From: Octopus vulgaris
Taxonomy: Eukaryota
Assembly: GCA_951406725.2 (NCBI GenBank)
Contig: OX597814.1
Coordinates: 68,138,001 to 68,202,000, forward strand
Direction of reading: 5' to 3'
DNA length: 64,000 bases
The position numbers and the translations under genes are program-made. The first letter of the stretch is position 1, and each line of letters opens with the position of its first letter. The notes beneath the pieces are model-generated. The model was not told where the DNA came from, made no database searches, and saw nothing but the letters and a program-made list of their open reading frames with translations. This document shows, in pieces, positions 17,706-29,329 of the stretch.

Positions 17706-17818
17706 CGCGGGTCCATAAAACCATACTACTCTTCTCCCCACATTCGCTAGGTCCCACCTCGAATACTGTTGCCCATTGTTGTCCCCCTAGAGAAAATAAG
17801 GCATAATGAATATCATTA

Positions 17819-19554
17819 GATACTTTGATATATATGTATTATTTACTGAGAATAATTCAACTTAATATTCTTAACTTGAATAACTCATTCCTGTGACGCC
17901 GGAATTGATATTCCCTTATAAAAATATAATATAATTATATAATAACTTAATTTTAATTGGCTAGTTTTGAACTAACAACTAAGTATGGCATACACGGGAA
18001 TGATAGTACCCCTTGAGTGGAATTCATCATTGAAAGACATACCGATTCCACAAAAAAAGAATATGAGATTAAATTAATTAACAATATAAGATATTTCATA
18101 AATAGACCTAAATGGAAAGCACATTACTATAATAATGATAACACTTTAGACACAAATAAAACAGAGAGTACTAAAATTATTAGTAATATAATAAAATCTA
18201 GAAAAGAACCACCGTATAATAAAGAATTGCAAAATTTGAAAGATAAAATTTGGGAAATAGTAAAAAATATAGAATTTTATAAATACCAGAATAGGCATAA
18301 TAAATATCTTAAAAACGTAGCAATTAAAATAAAAGAACTGAGAAATAAAGAAGGAATTTTCGTACAATCTGATAAAAGTAGAAATTTATATAAATTAGAC
18401 ATAGGCACATATGATAGCTTAGAAATCAATAAAAAATATAAAATAGTTCAAAATAATATTTTAGAGAAAATAAATAAAATATATAAAGAAATAATGACCA
18501 ATTACGAACTGGATAAAAAAAACAGAACCTTATGTGCCGTTGCACCCAAGGATAACCCTAAAAGACCATAAGGATAATTTCTAGACAGACCTTAAAGCCG
18601 ACTAATTTTCCCATGTAAGTCGGACCTAGGGAAACTAAGTAAAATAATATTAGAAAAATATATAAAGAAATTAAATAATTTAGATCACCTAAAATTATGG
18701 GGTAGTGCAATGGAAATATTAGAATGGTTTAAAAATATTTTAAAAAACAGTAAGAAATATAAGTTTGTACCGATAGATATTGACAATTATTATGCATCGA
18801 TAAATGAGATAGTGCTGAATTAGGCTTTAATGTGTGCTAAAAACAAAATGGGTATGACTATGGAGGAAATTAAGGTAGTCCAAACGGCAAGGAAATCTCT
18901 CATAAAATACAATAATAAATTGTGGGCTAGAAAGTATACCAGGGAGTACTTCGATGTACTTATGGAGGCGCCGGACTCAGCACAGGTAGCCGACCTTGTA
19001 GGGATATATTTACTTTCGGAATTAAAACTAGAAAATTTAAAAATAGAATGGGGATTATATAGAGACGATTTGCTTTTGATAACAAAAAATTGTACGAAAA
19101 TGACTGGAAAATTATAAAAAGAAATTGTACTATTTTTTTTAAAGATACGTTTTAGAAACTACAATTTATAAAGAACATTATAATGTTAACTTTCTAGATG
19201 CAAATTTGAATATTGCAACTGGGATAATACAGCCTTTCCATAAATTGAATGAAAATTTACAGTATATAAATGCATATAGTAACCCCACCTCTATAAGGAA
19301 AAAAACTGATAGATAACATTGGGAAAAGAATTGCAATGCTCTCATCGAATTATAAGAGCTTTCAAAAGCATGCTAACTACTACAATGAAGCTTTAAAGAA
19401 GGTAGGATATAAGGAAGGAATGAGATTCTATAATAATAATACAAATAGTAAAAATTACACAAAATATAAAAACGGAAATAACCTAAATAATGTTAACATA
19501 GCGAAAAACATGAAAGTAAATGTAGACGTGAACAGTAATATAAATAAAAATAGG

Positions 19555-19600
<46 letters not shown>

Positions 19601-19768
19601 GGGTGACACTTCGAAATTTTATAGAATTCAAGAAGAATATAAAACATAAAAATATAAATGGATTAAAGAATAAGGAGGATAGAACGGGAATAATGGAGAA
19701 AAGTATAATTTATACCCAATTATAATTAATAAATTATAATTAATAAAGACGATAATAACAAAAATTGC

Positions 19769-19816
<48 letters not shown>

Positions 19817-21586
19817 CAAATAAAACAATATGGTTGATAGACCCTTATGGGACTCAAGTATATTATAAAAGTAATATTAGAAAAGAAATCACTAAGAAAT
19901 CACTTATTATAGAAAATAAAAAATATATGAACTTATTCTCTAAAAATAATATAGGTGTGAGATATTCTACTACCAACAACGCAGGGAACATTATGTCATC
20001 ACTTAATAAACATAAGTTGAATAAATATTACTATGATAAATTAAATAAGTATCCTAATAATAAGGTTAGAGACTTAAAAAGCTGCAATTGTAGGGATAAA
20101 AATCACTATAAATTTTAAGGGAGATATAATTTAACTGATGTAGTATATAAATGCGTGGTTTCTGTAAACGAAGATAAGAATGAACTAAGGGAAATAAATA
20201 ATAAAAATATAAATATTGAAAGAAATTCAGATAGAATATATATTGGCTCGACATCGAATAATATTAAACAACGAATAGCACAGCACATGGATTAATTAAA
20301 AAATAAGAAACTTATGAACTCGACAGATTTAAAATCGAAAGGTATTAAATATAAAATTAAGTGGGAGATAATAAGAAAAACTAAATCGTATAGAATTGGG
20401 AATAGACTATGTTTGTCATGTAGCCATGAATTCATGGAGATATTATGGGCAAAAACTAAACTTCTTAATGCACAGGATAAATGAAAAATTAAATGTAAGT
20501 ACAAGCAAACGTGGTTAATTAATAAAATCTAACACTCAAAAAAATAAATATAAATTAATTGTTAGAAATTAATATTAGATACTATTATTTTAATTTAACT
20601 TAGTATTTAAGTTGGGGAGCGATGGTTGTGCGCTGATGGGAGGGTGGGTGAATAAAAATGAAAGAAAGGATGAACTGTTCCAATAATGTATTTATTTCCT
20701 GTCCCGCTGTCAGTAATATGCTAATAACGTAGTAGTTTAAATGAGACAGTTGGTATGTATGAGTATAAACACTTTTACAGAACCTTGCAGTGTAAATTAC
20801 AACCAGCTCAATTTAGCGCCATGATACCCAGGGGTAGATGGAAAATATTCTTCTTTGAACTTTTACATTTTCAATTAAGTTTAGTATATTAATTCTAATT
20901 ATATTAATTTATAAATTCATTCCTGTATATATAATTTTTCCATTTTTTCATTTTTAAATGTTTCTCCCTTTATATTTTTTTCCATATATTTTTTCATATC
21001 TTTTCATATCTTCATTCGTATTTTACGCGTAACAGTCACCTGAATTTTTGTCATTCGTATTAGTTTCCATTCGCCTCTTGATCATCCTCTTCGATTGGAT
21101 ATATATCTTTTTAATTTTTATTCTTATAATGTTATATTTTCTTCTCATTAGTATATATTTTTCCACATTCGTATATATTTTCTCATTCGTATATATTTTT
21201 CATTTATATATTTTTTTAGGCGTAATTCACATTTAATTTTTAATTAATTATGGCTTAAACTGAAGGGTTCAATGAATTTATTTACACATCTATATTTATT
21301 TATACATCTGTTTAGTTTGATATACTTTTAAGTTGGAATATATAATGATAAAGTTATAAACGGGAGATAGGTTGACCTGAAAATGGAGTTGTATATATGG
21401 GGAGGTTCTGTATGAGACTGCGTGATAACAGGAACATAGCATACAACCTCATGAAACACGTGTAGTCAACAACCTTGAATATGAATAGTAAGTATTAAAT
21501 ATAATATTTTATGACATGGTTGAATTTATATTTTGATTTGTTGAATTTTATGGGGATTTCTGTCTCTAATGATACTTTGATATATA
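17819..21586 (+). mobile_element. Full-length but frameshifted AT-rich Penelope-like element (RT, CNCR linker, GIY-YIG, pLTR); possibly Nematis-like
   Basis: KKEYEIKLINNIRYFINR.KWKAH; QSDKSRNLY; FDVLMEAPDSAQVADLVGIYLL...GLYRDDLL; SCNCR; YIGSTSNNIKQRIAQH; gatactttgatatata repeated at 17819 and 21571. Confidence 0.9.
21371..21470 (+). ncRNA. Candidate type I hammerhead ribozyme with long helix II (G8>A in this copy)
   Basis: GTTGAC-CTGAAAA-tgGAGTTGTAT...ATACAAcCTCat-GAAA-C ACGT G-TA-GTCAAC; perfect 6-bp helix I. Confidence 0.7.
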
Positions 21587-21920
21587 TATATATGAATAAT
21601 ATATATATATATATATATATTATAGTCTCAGCCGACCAAAGCCTTCTAAATGGATTAAAATGGCATAGTCTTTTATTGTTTTACTTGTTTCAGTCATGTG
21701 ACTGCGGCCATTCTGAGGCACCGCCTTTAGTCGAACAATTCGATCACAGGATTTATTCTTTGTAGGCCTAGTACTTATCCTATCGGTGGCTTTTTCTGAA
21801 CCACTAAGTACGGAGACCTAAAACACCAGCATCAGTTATCAAGTGATGTTGGGCGCGGACAAATACACACACATGCACACACACACACACACACATACAC
21901 ACACATACACACACACATAC

Positions 21921-21957
<37 letters not shown>

Positions 21958-22397
21958 CGACAGGTTTCTTTCTCTTGCAAGGCTTTGGTAGTCTTGAGGC
22001 TATAGTAGAAGACACTTGCCCAATGTACTACGCAGTGGGACTGAAGCCGGAACCATAGGGTTGGGAAGCAAGACTCTTACCACACAGTCACTCTTGTAAA
22101 TCATGTAACGAATGTTGATATGTTGAGTCTGTTGATGATCACTCCATCGAGTAAGATGTAATTCATTTTTGTGTAGATTTCTCAGCCTGAAGAAATATTC
22201 AACTCACTATATTCAAAATGCATCTGTAATTTATTACTTGTAATTTGAATGAATTGGATATGGAAACAATTGTAGGTAATATGAAATTAACAGTATGTTA
22301 CTAAATTGATGTTTATCTGTTAAACTCTCCATTTTCTTCTTATATACATTTTCTCTCCATTTTCTCCATTTTCTTATTATCAAATAAAATGTGTGTG

Positions 22398-22438
<41 letters not shown>

Positions 22439-23483
22439 GAGAGAGTGAAAGAGAGGTGGGGGGGGGTAATAAAGTGATCGTATAAGGCATTTGACACCTT
22501 AGATACAATTTATTGAATTGATAATCATTGCAAGCGTCTTATTGTTTTCCAATAAAAAAATACATTAAAACTCGTTTCAGCCCAACTGCCTGTGCAAACC
22601 ATCGAAGTTAAATCATGACGTACGTCATTCGCTATTAGCGAGGAGACCGCACAGTACTAGTCATTTTTTTCTTTTTTCCTAATGTTTAATCGGGAGGGAA
22701 GGTAAAGCTCATGTTCCGTTTCAGTACCTCTGATACTTGTAGAGGGAGAGAAGAATTTGAACTCAGAGCGCAAAATGTCGGAACAAACATCACGAAGTGT
22801 TCTGTATGATGCTCTAATGAATCAGCCAGTTTGTGAAAATATTGTTTACGTAGTAGAATTTATGATAATCTCATAACAAATTAAACTCAGTCACAGAAGC
22901 ATAAAGACAGGAGGCAACTAAATAACCATAGCACAGGTTTTCCTGTCGACACAGGTTGTATACTCCACAGAAGGGTCGATTCATTAAAAATTAATACGAC
23001 GTCTGTTAAAATTCTGAATGAAAATCTTGACCAAATCAAATTCTGATATTGTTTATTTTCTGCCCTCTTGAGATATTATTTTATGCCTAACTTTATTGTT
23101 TATTTTCTTGGAACTCAGTAGTTCGCAACACTTATGGCTATTTCAGGTGACAGAATCGTTTAGTGGGTGATAGTTGTCATAGTTAAATTCTTGGGCGGGA
23201 AAAAATATAATGCAACACTTCTAGACAAAAAAAATCATTAGTCCATTTTTAGCTATGTCGCTGCAATTATGAGTGTAATGTGGTTCATTTTCCCAGGTAG
23301 TCTGTTTTCTTTTATAGATACACACGCCATTAACATAAACGTTCCTTTCATAGCATGACTGTAATATAGGAAAGCTTTTCAGCAATTCTGATGTTCTGCA
23401 GCCATAGTTTTGTATTTCAATGACAGAAGCAGGTATATCATTTTATTTAAATTTCGATTTTGTTTGCATTCATAAGTAAATAA

Positions 23484-23798
23484 TTAAGCAACGTCCTTCA
23501 TGTCTGCAATTTCTGAATCCAAGATACTTGTGTCCCACATAGCATTAATATCCCATGAATCATCAGTAACACGCGTTGCTGATACTTTTCCTTCTTTCTT
23601 TTTACTGAAAACCACCTTCGAAATATTTTCCAACATTTTGAAATCCATCAAATCTTTTCGAGTGATGATACCTCGGATGCAATTGAATTCATCTACAACG
23701 ACAAGGTGCCGAAGTCCCATCGTTCGAAAAATAAGAAAAGCACGGTACAAGGAAAATTTTGTTGGAATACTTATTGCTGAATCATTGATGAATGGGTA
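23484..23798 (-). CDS. CLC-family chloride channel/H+-Cl- exchanger (CLCN6/7-like), last coding exon (CBS2 domain and C-terminal tail)
   Basis: YPFINDSAISIPTKFSLYRAFLIFRTMGLRHLVVVDEFNCIRGIITRKDL; acceptor ttcttttatttcag immediately upstream; stop TAA at 23486-23484; 315 nt, phase 0. Confidence 0.9.
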   Translation of the reverse strand, partial: YPFINDSAISIPTKFSLYRAFLIFRTMGLRHLVVVDEFNCIRGIITRKDLMDFKMLENISKVVFSKKKEGKVSATRVTDDSWDINAMWDTSILDSEIADMKDVA

Positions 23799-23934
23799 CT
23801 GAAATAAAAGAATATTATGTATTTTATTCATACATTACAGTTTTAGATAATGTTTGTTTATTAGTATCTAAGCAAACACAAAACAGAAGTTATTGAAATA
23901 CAATTAGTGTTAAGGTAATTATTCTTTTTTACTC

Positions 23935-24137
23935 TAGGCACAAGACCCGAAATTTTGGGGGAGAGGGCCAGTCGATTAGATCGACCCAGTACGCAACTGA
24001 TACTTCATTTATCGACCCCGAAAGGATGAAAGGTAAAGTTGACCTCGGTAGAATTTCAACTCAGAACGTAAAGACAGACGAAATATCGCTAAGCATTCCG
24101 CCAGGCGTGCTAACGTTTCTGCAAGCTTGTCGCCTTA
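23935..24137 (-). mobile_element. tRNA-derived SINE
   Basis: Minus strand ggcgacaagcttgcagaaacgttagcacg...gttctgagttgaaattc...cctttcatcctttcggggtcgataaa. Confidence 0.7.
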
Positions 24138-24748
24138 ATGTTAAAGTAATGTTAAAGAAAATGTTTCAGACAACTGTTTAAAAACAAATGAACTATGAAA
24201 TCAGGACAAAAAACAAAAAACAAACATTTGACTAGTTTCATATTAAGTCCTTGCCTTGTTTTAAAATAGAATTTTAAATTCAATAAGTTAAATATATTTT
24301 ATGTATACCTGAATATGCATGTCATCAAATCTCGGTAGTTAAACTTAAGTGATTAAAATAGATGATTGTGAGATATTTTTATTCATGCTCAAATAGGTAT
24401 CGCAGTTTTCTTCAAAAATATATCATGTATCAATTTTAAAGATGTATGCCTGACATATCTTCAATACTTCATTTACTTGTTCATTATCAGCAAGGCTAAT
24501 TGATGCACACTATTTCTAAATTTTATAGGAATACAAATTATTTTCGTTCGGAGATAAAATTTAAAATTTACAAAACCAGGTGGTTGGGAAGCAAGATTCT
24601 TACAACACAAACACATCTGCTCCTATATATATATATATAATCCCCTTCTCTCTCTCTCTATATATATATATAACCCCCTCTCTCTCTCTATATATATATA
24701 TATGTGTGTGTGTGTGTCTGTGTGCATATGTATATATATATGTATATT

Positions 24749-24779
<31 letters not shown>

Positions 24780-24946
24780 TTATATCTATATATATATATG
24801 TATATATATATTTATATCTATATATATATATGTATATATTTATATCTATATATATTGGAAGGTTTGGATAAAAATATATATATATATATATATATGTATG
24901 TATATATATATATATGAATATATATATATATATGAATATATATATA

Positions 24947-24987
<41 letters not shown>

Positions 24988-24992
<5 letters not shown>

Positions 24993-25690
24993 TTAAAAAA
25001 TAAATACAGACATGGACAAGAACATGAAACACCAAAGAGACGACACAAGAACCACAGGACGGGACATTCGAAGCCCTCAGTCATCAGTCAAGAACCAGAT
25101 CATCTTCGCAATTTCGGCTGATTAATCTTGAGATTGCTCCGATCTGGGCAGCCCCCAAAGGAAAATCTAAGCCAAGCGCATTAGATCCCTTGGAAGAAAG
25201 CTTCGAATGTATACAACACGAGGACGGAAAACGAACGAAGTACACGAACAAAAATACAGAATACGTGACACCAATAAGAATACAAAAACGTAAAAACAAT
25301 AACGGTAAAGATAAAAAACAAAACAAAACCAGGACGTAGGACAAGGGTCTTTCGACAGGACGAGTTGAGTTGGGGCTGGCTTATGAAGTAGTGCCTAATG
25401 GCCGCAGGGAGACGAACAAATACGTGTTGCTTCGACGACTGCTGGAACGAAAAGGGCGCCCAGCAGTGGCTAGCGGTCACGTGAGAACAAAAGACAGGAG
25501 AAAGGGACAGATGAAGAGAGAGAGAAGGTGGACGAGGGAGGAGAAGAAAGAGACAGATCGAGGGGACTGAGGGTGAGAGAGATAGAGAAACGTAGAAGGG
25601 GGGGACGGATGGAGAGGGAAAGAAAGGAAGGGGAATAAGGGAGGAGAGAGAGAGAGAGAAAGAGACAGATCAAGAGTCGTATCAATGCTA
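24988..25690 (-). mobile_element. Probable PLE 3' UTR/pLTR fragment between (TA)n tracts
   Basis: Non-coding; CT-rich tract then structured region, organised like the 3' part of the PLE at 3371-4816; contains HHR core motifs; PLE assignment is inference. Confidence 0.55.
25064..25210 (-). ncRNA. Candidate hammerhead ribozyme with reversed-order (pseudoknotted) strand connectivity
   Basis: Canonical CUGAUGA, GAAA and AUC triplet; helices I UCAAGA/UCUUGA, II GGCUG/CAGCC, III GCAA/UUGC, plus three accessory helices. Confidence 0.65.
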
Positions 25691-25840
25691 ATATATGTAT
25701 ATGTATATATATATGTGTATATGTATATATATATGTATATATATATATATGTATATGTATATATATATGTATATATATATATATTTGTATATGTATATAT
25801 ATATATTTGTATATGTATATATATATGTATATGAATATAC

Positions 25841-25873
<33 letters not shown>

Positions 25874-25955
25874 CCTATATATATATACATATATATATAT
25901 ACATATGTATATATATATGTATATATATATGTATATATATGTATATATATATATT

Positions 25956-26007
<52 letters not shown>

Positions 26008-26070
26008 AATATATATATACATATATATGTACATATATGTATATATGTATATGTATATATATATATAGAT

Positions 26071-26101
<31 letters not shown>

Positions 26102-26109
26102 CATATATA

Positions 26110-26497
26110 TGGCATTGTAAGCTACACCAATGCTAGAACGGGACGACACTGCATAGTGCCAAAGATCCCAGCAATGCCATCACGCTTCAGGACCAGATTC
26201 TGCAGCAGCCTGGGTTTCAGGGGCCCACAGCTTTTTAATATTCTCCCAAAGAGTCTGAGGAACTTGCACAAAGTAGATGTAGCAGTTTTTAAATCAAAGC
26301 TGGACATCTTCCTGTCGAGAGTCCCAGATGAACCTACCTCACGGCAAGAGGTGCAAATGAGAGTAGCTATGTCAAACTCCATTCTTCACCAAGTGCCACA
26401 TATTAGAGGAGGTTCTTCGTAATAACAGTGTAGCACAAAGCGACGTTGCATCAGCATGGCCGCAGCTCTAAGCTGAAACAAGCAAAAAAAAAAAAAA
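26110..26497 (+). mobile_element. 5'-truncated 3' fragment of the CR1-type LINE found at 52375-56020
   Basis: Near-identical to 55633-56000 ([25 protein letters not shown]); A-rich tail; within (TA)n. Confidence 0.9.
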
Positions 26498-26697
26498 TAT
26501 ATATATATATATGTATGTATATGTATATATATATGTATATGTATGTATATGTATATATATATGTATATGTATGTATATGTATATATATATGTATATGTAT
26601 ATGTATATATATATATGTATATGTATATGTATATATATATGTATATGTATATATGTATATGTATATGTATATATATAAATGTATATATATATATATA

Positions 26698-27326
26698 TGT
26701 TTAGGATGTGGTAACCGTTATATTGGACAAATAGGAATTTCACTCCGTCGAAGAAACACCATTCACAAAGAGCAAATCCGCCACCCACACAGACAGTCAC
26801 AGGTTAGTGAACACATAGAAAGGTGTGCCGGGAATCTTAATCCTAATTTCCAAATCTTCCCCTTCTATCAATGTTGATAGAACACCACAATGCAACAAAG
26901 GTTGAATTAAGAGGTATTTTTCATCAATAAATATCTCCCCCAACTAAATATGAACACGCAACTTAATACAGAACACCACTAACCCTTCAATTAAAACCAC
27001 TAACCCCTATACACTCCCTACACCATTCACATTACAATTCTATATCTAAATCAAGAACTACTTACCTCCCTTACAAACAATCTTTTCTCTCAGAAACTAT
27101 TAGACCTGGCACCGTTTATTAGCCGGCGTTTATTCAAAGCAATGAATAGCTTTCACGAAACCATGGTATGTCTTGTTTTCTCACCTTTTAATCATCTCAT
27201 AATAATGACTTTTATTACTACCTCAGTCCATTTAATTGTATATATCTGTTGTTACCTTTCATAAAAAGCCTTTTTCTTTTTTTATTTACAATGTGCATTT
27301 TCGTTGATTTTTCTTATTTTCCCCTT
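26698..27326 (+). mobile_element. PLE GIY-YIG fragment plus partial 3' UTR
   Basis: [40 protein letters not shown]...FQIFPFYQC. Confidence 0.8.
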
Positions 27327-27455
27327 ACAAGGGGAAAATAAGAAAAATCAGCGAAAATGCACATTGTAAATAAAAAAGAAAAAGGCTTTTTATGAAAGGT
27401 AACAACAGATATATACAATTAAATGGACTGAGGTAGTAATAAAAGTCATTATTAT
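27199..27455. repeat. Fold-back palindrome, ~128-bp arms, 2-nt loop
   Basis: Centre cccctt-ac-aagggg (27321-27334); arms differ by one substitution and one 1-bp indel. Confidence 0.95.
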
Positions 27456-27522
27456 ATATATACATATATGTATATATATATATACATATATTTATATATA
27501 TATTTATATATATCTATATTTA

Positions 27523-27582
<60 letters not shown>

Positions 27583-27947
27583 AATGAGATAGGGGTTGAA
27601 AATTCAACCCACCATGGGATAATATATATCCAATATACTGCTAGATAGGTACCCAACAAAAATTAATACATAGATGTTAGAAATTGTCAAGCAATCAGTT
27701 CATCTATTGTATTAAATGGGTAAGGGTAATAATATTACCGTAAATTAATACTACAAAATTAGAGAATGGAGAAACATACTTAAATCAATAAAACATCAAC
27801 TATCCGATGATACTCAATCCATACTTTAATACACCATTACATAGGAGTAAAGGCAATATATAAAATGAAATGAGATATACAGTAATAGTAAAAGTAAAAA
27901 GATAAAGAGATATAAGTAAAAAATTACAAATACAATATGCAAATAAA

Positions 27948-28067
27948 TCAAAACTGACAGCTGTTTCGGCAGTGAGGACAGTCATACCTCATTTAACCTG
28001 TAAGCCATAAAGGCAGGTATAAATGAGGCATTAACAAAGATGCCCCACGGCCTCTTCAGAGAATTAA
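27948..28067 (-). ncRNA. Type I hammerhead ribozyme motif (left palindrome arm)
   Basis: Reverse complement of 28963-29082. Confidence 0.75.
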
Positions 28068-28593
28068 ATTAAATTTGTTATAATAGTGAAAAATATTATA
28101 TAATCATATACATATAAATATAAAAATATAAAAAAGTAAAATATAAAAACTTATACATCATAATGCTACACTTGTATAATATAATACATATTTGTACAAA
28201 AAGGAAGGTAACCAGAACAAAATAAAACAAAATATATAACAGTGTATATATAATATTAATAAGTACCGATATCATACATATTTAGCTAATAGTTTTTTTT
28301 ATACAAAAAGGGGCTAACACATATGGAGATGAAAAATAATAATAATTAAATCCGTGGTACAGTTCATAAAATTCTAAAGCTATAAAAGTTAATAAAAATT
28401 ACTATTAATAATAATAATAATAATAATAATAAAAATAGTAATAATAATAAAAAATAATAAAAATAGATACAGTTAAGTTATCACCAAGTCCATCCTTCCA
28501 AGATCGAAATAACTATAGTTATTTCGATCTTGGAAGGATGGACTTGGTGATAACTAACTGTATCTATTTTTATTATTTTTATTATTATTACTA

Positions 28594-28628
<35 letters not shown>

Positions 28629-28962
28629 AGTAATTTTTATTAACTTTTATAGCTTTAGAATTTTATGAACTGTACCACGGATTTAATTATTATTATTTTT
28701 CATCTCCATATGTGTTAGCCTTTTTGTATAAAAAAAACTATTAGCTAAATATGTATGATATCGGTACTTATTAATATTATATATACACTGTTATATATTT
28801 TGTTTTATTTTGTTCTGGTTACCTTCCTTTTTGTACAAATATGTATTATATTATACAAGTGTAGCATTATGATGTATAAGTTTTTATATTTTACTTTTTT
28901 ATATTTTTATATTTATATGTATATGATTATATAATATTTTTCACTATTATAACAAATTTAAT

Positions 28963-29082
28963 TTAATTCTCTGAAGAGGCCGTGGGGCATCTTTGTTAAT
29001 GCCTCATTTATACCTGCCTTTATGGCTTACAGGTTAAATGAGGTATGACTGTCCTCACTGCCGAAACAGCTGTCAGTTTTGA
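28963..29082 (+). ncRNA. Type I hammerhead ribozyme motif with ~85-nt helix II (right palindrome arm)
   Basis: ttaattCT-CTGAAGA-GGCcGTGGGG...CCTCATTTA..TAAATGAGG...CCTCACtGCC-GAAA-C AGCT G-TC-AGttttga; canonical core and GUC triplet. Confidence 0.75.
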
Positions 29083-29278
29083 TTTATTTGCATATTGTAT
29101 TTGTAATTTTTTACTTATATCTCTTTATCTTTTTACTTTTACTATTACTGTATATCTCATTTCATTTTATATATTGCCTTTACTCCTATGTAATGGTGTA
29201 TTAAAGTATGGATTGAGTATCATCGGATAGTTGATGTTTTATTGATTTAAGTATGTTTCTCCATTCTCTAATTTTGTA

Positions 29279-29312
<34 letters not shown>

Positions 29313-29329
29313 TCAACATAAAACATTGA

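Larger units (their letters stand above)
27748..29282. repeat. Spacer-less ~1.5-kb palindrome of PLE pLTR-like sequence
   Basis: Centre aacta|tagtt at 28515/28516; identical ORFs 27800-27985(-) and 29045-29230(+); only small indels seen between arms. Confidence 0.95.

Noticed and set aside
17819-21586. Selenoprotein-encoding (Naiad-type) PLE
   Set aside because: Endonuclease is C-terminal and the breaks are frameshifts or TAA stops, not in-frame TGA at Cys positions; no N-terminal GIY-YIG PLE recognised in the window
22182-22228. CTGAAGA-AATAT..ATATT-CAAAA-TGCA-TC possible HHR relic
   Set aside because: GAAA absent (possibly CpG decay) and no helix I; too degraded to call
22500-23483. CLC 3' UTR and poly(A) signal (for example AATAAA on - at ~22509-22514)
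   Set aside because: Several candidate hexamers in AT-rich sequence; cannot choose without transcript data
23500-23802. Plus-strand 100-aa ORF
   Set aside because: Antisense shadow of the CLC exon
23799-23831. ATG start of the 115-aa ORF 23484-23831
   Set aside because: The first 11 codons are intron (polypyrimidine tract and CAG acceptor); the exon starts at 23798
27800-29230. Two identical 61-aa hydrophobic ORFs
   Set aside because: By-product of the palindrome in T-rich pLTR sequence overlapping the HHR; no coding evidence
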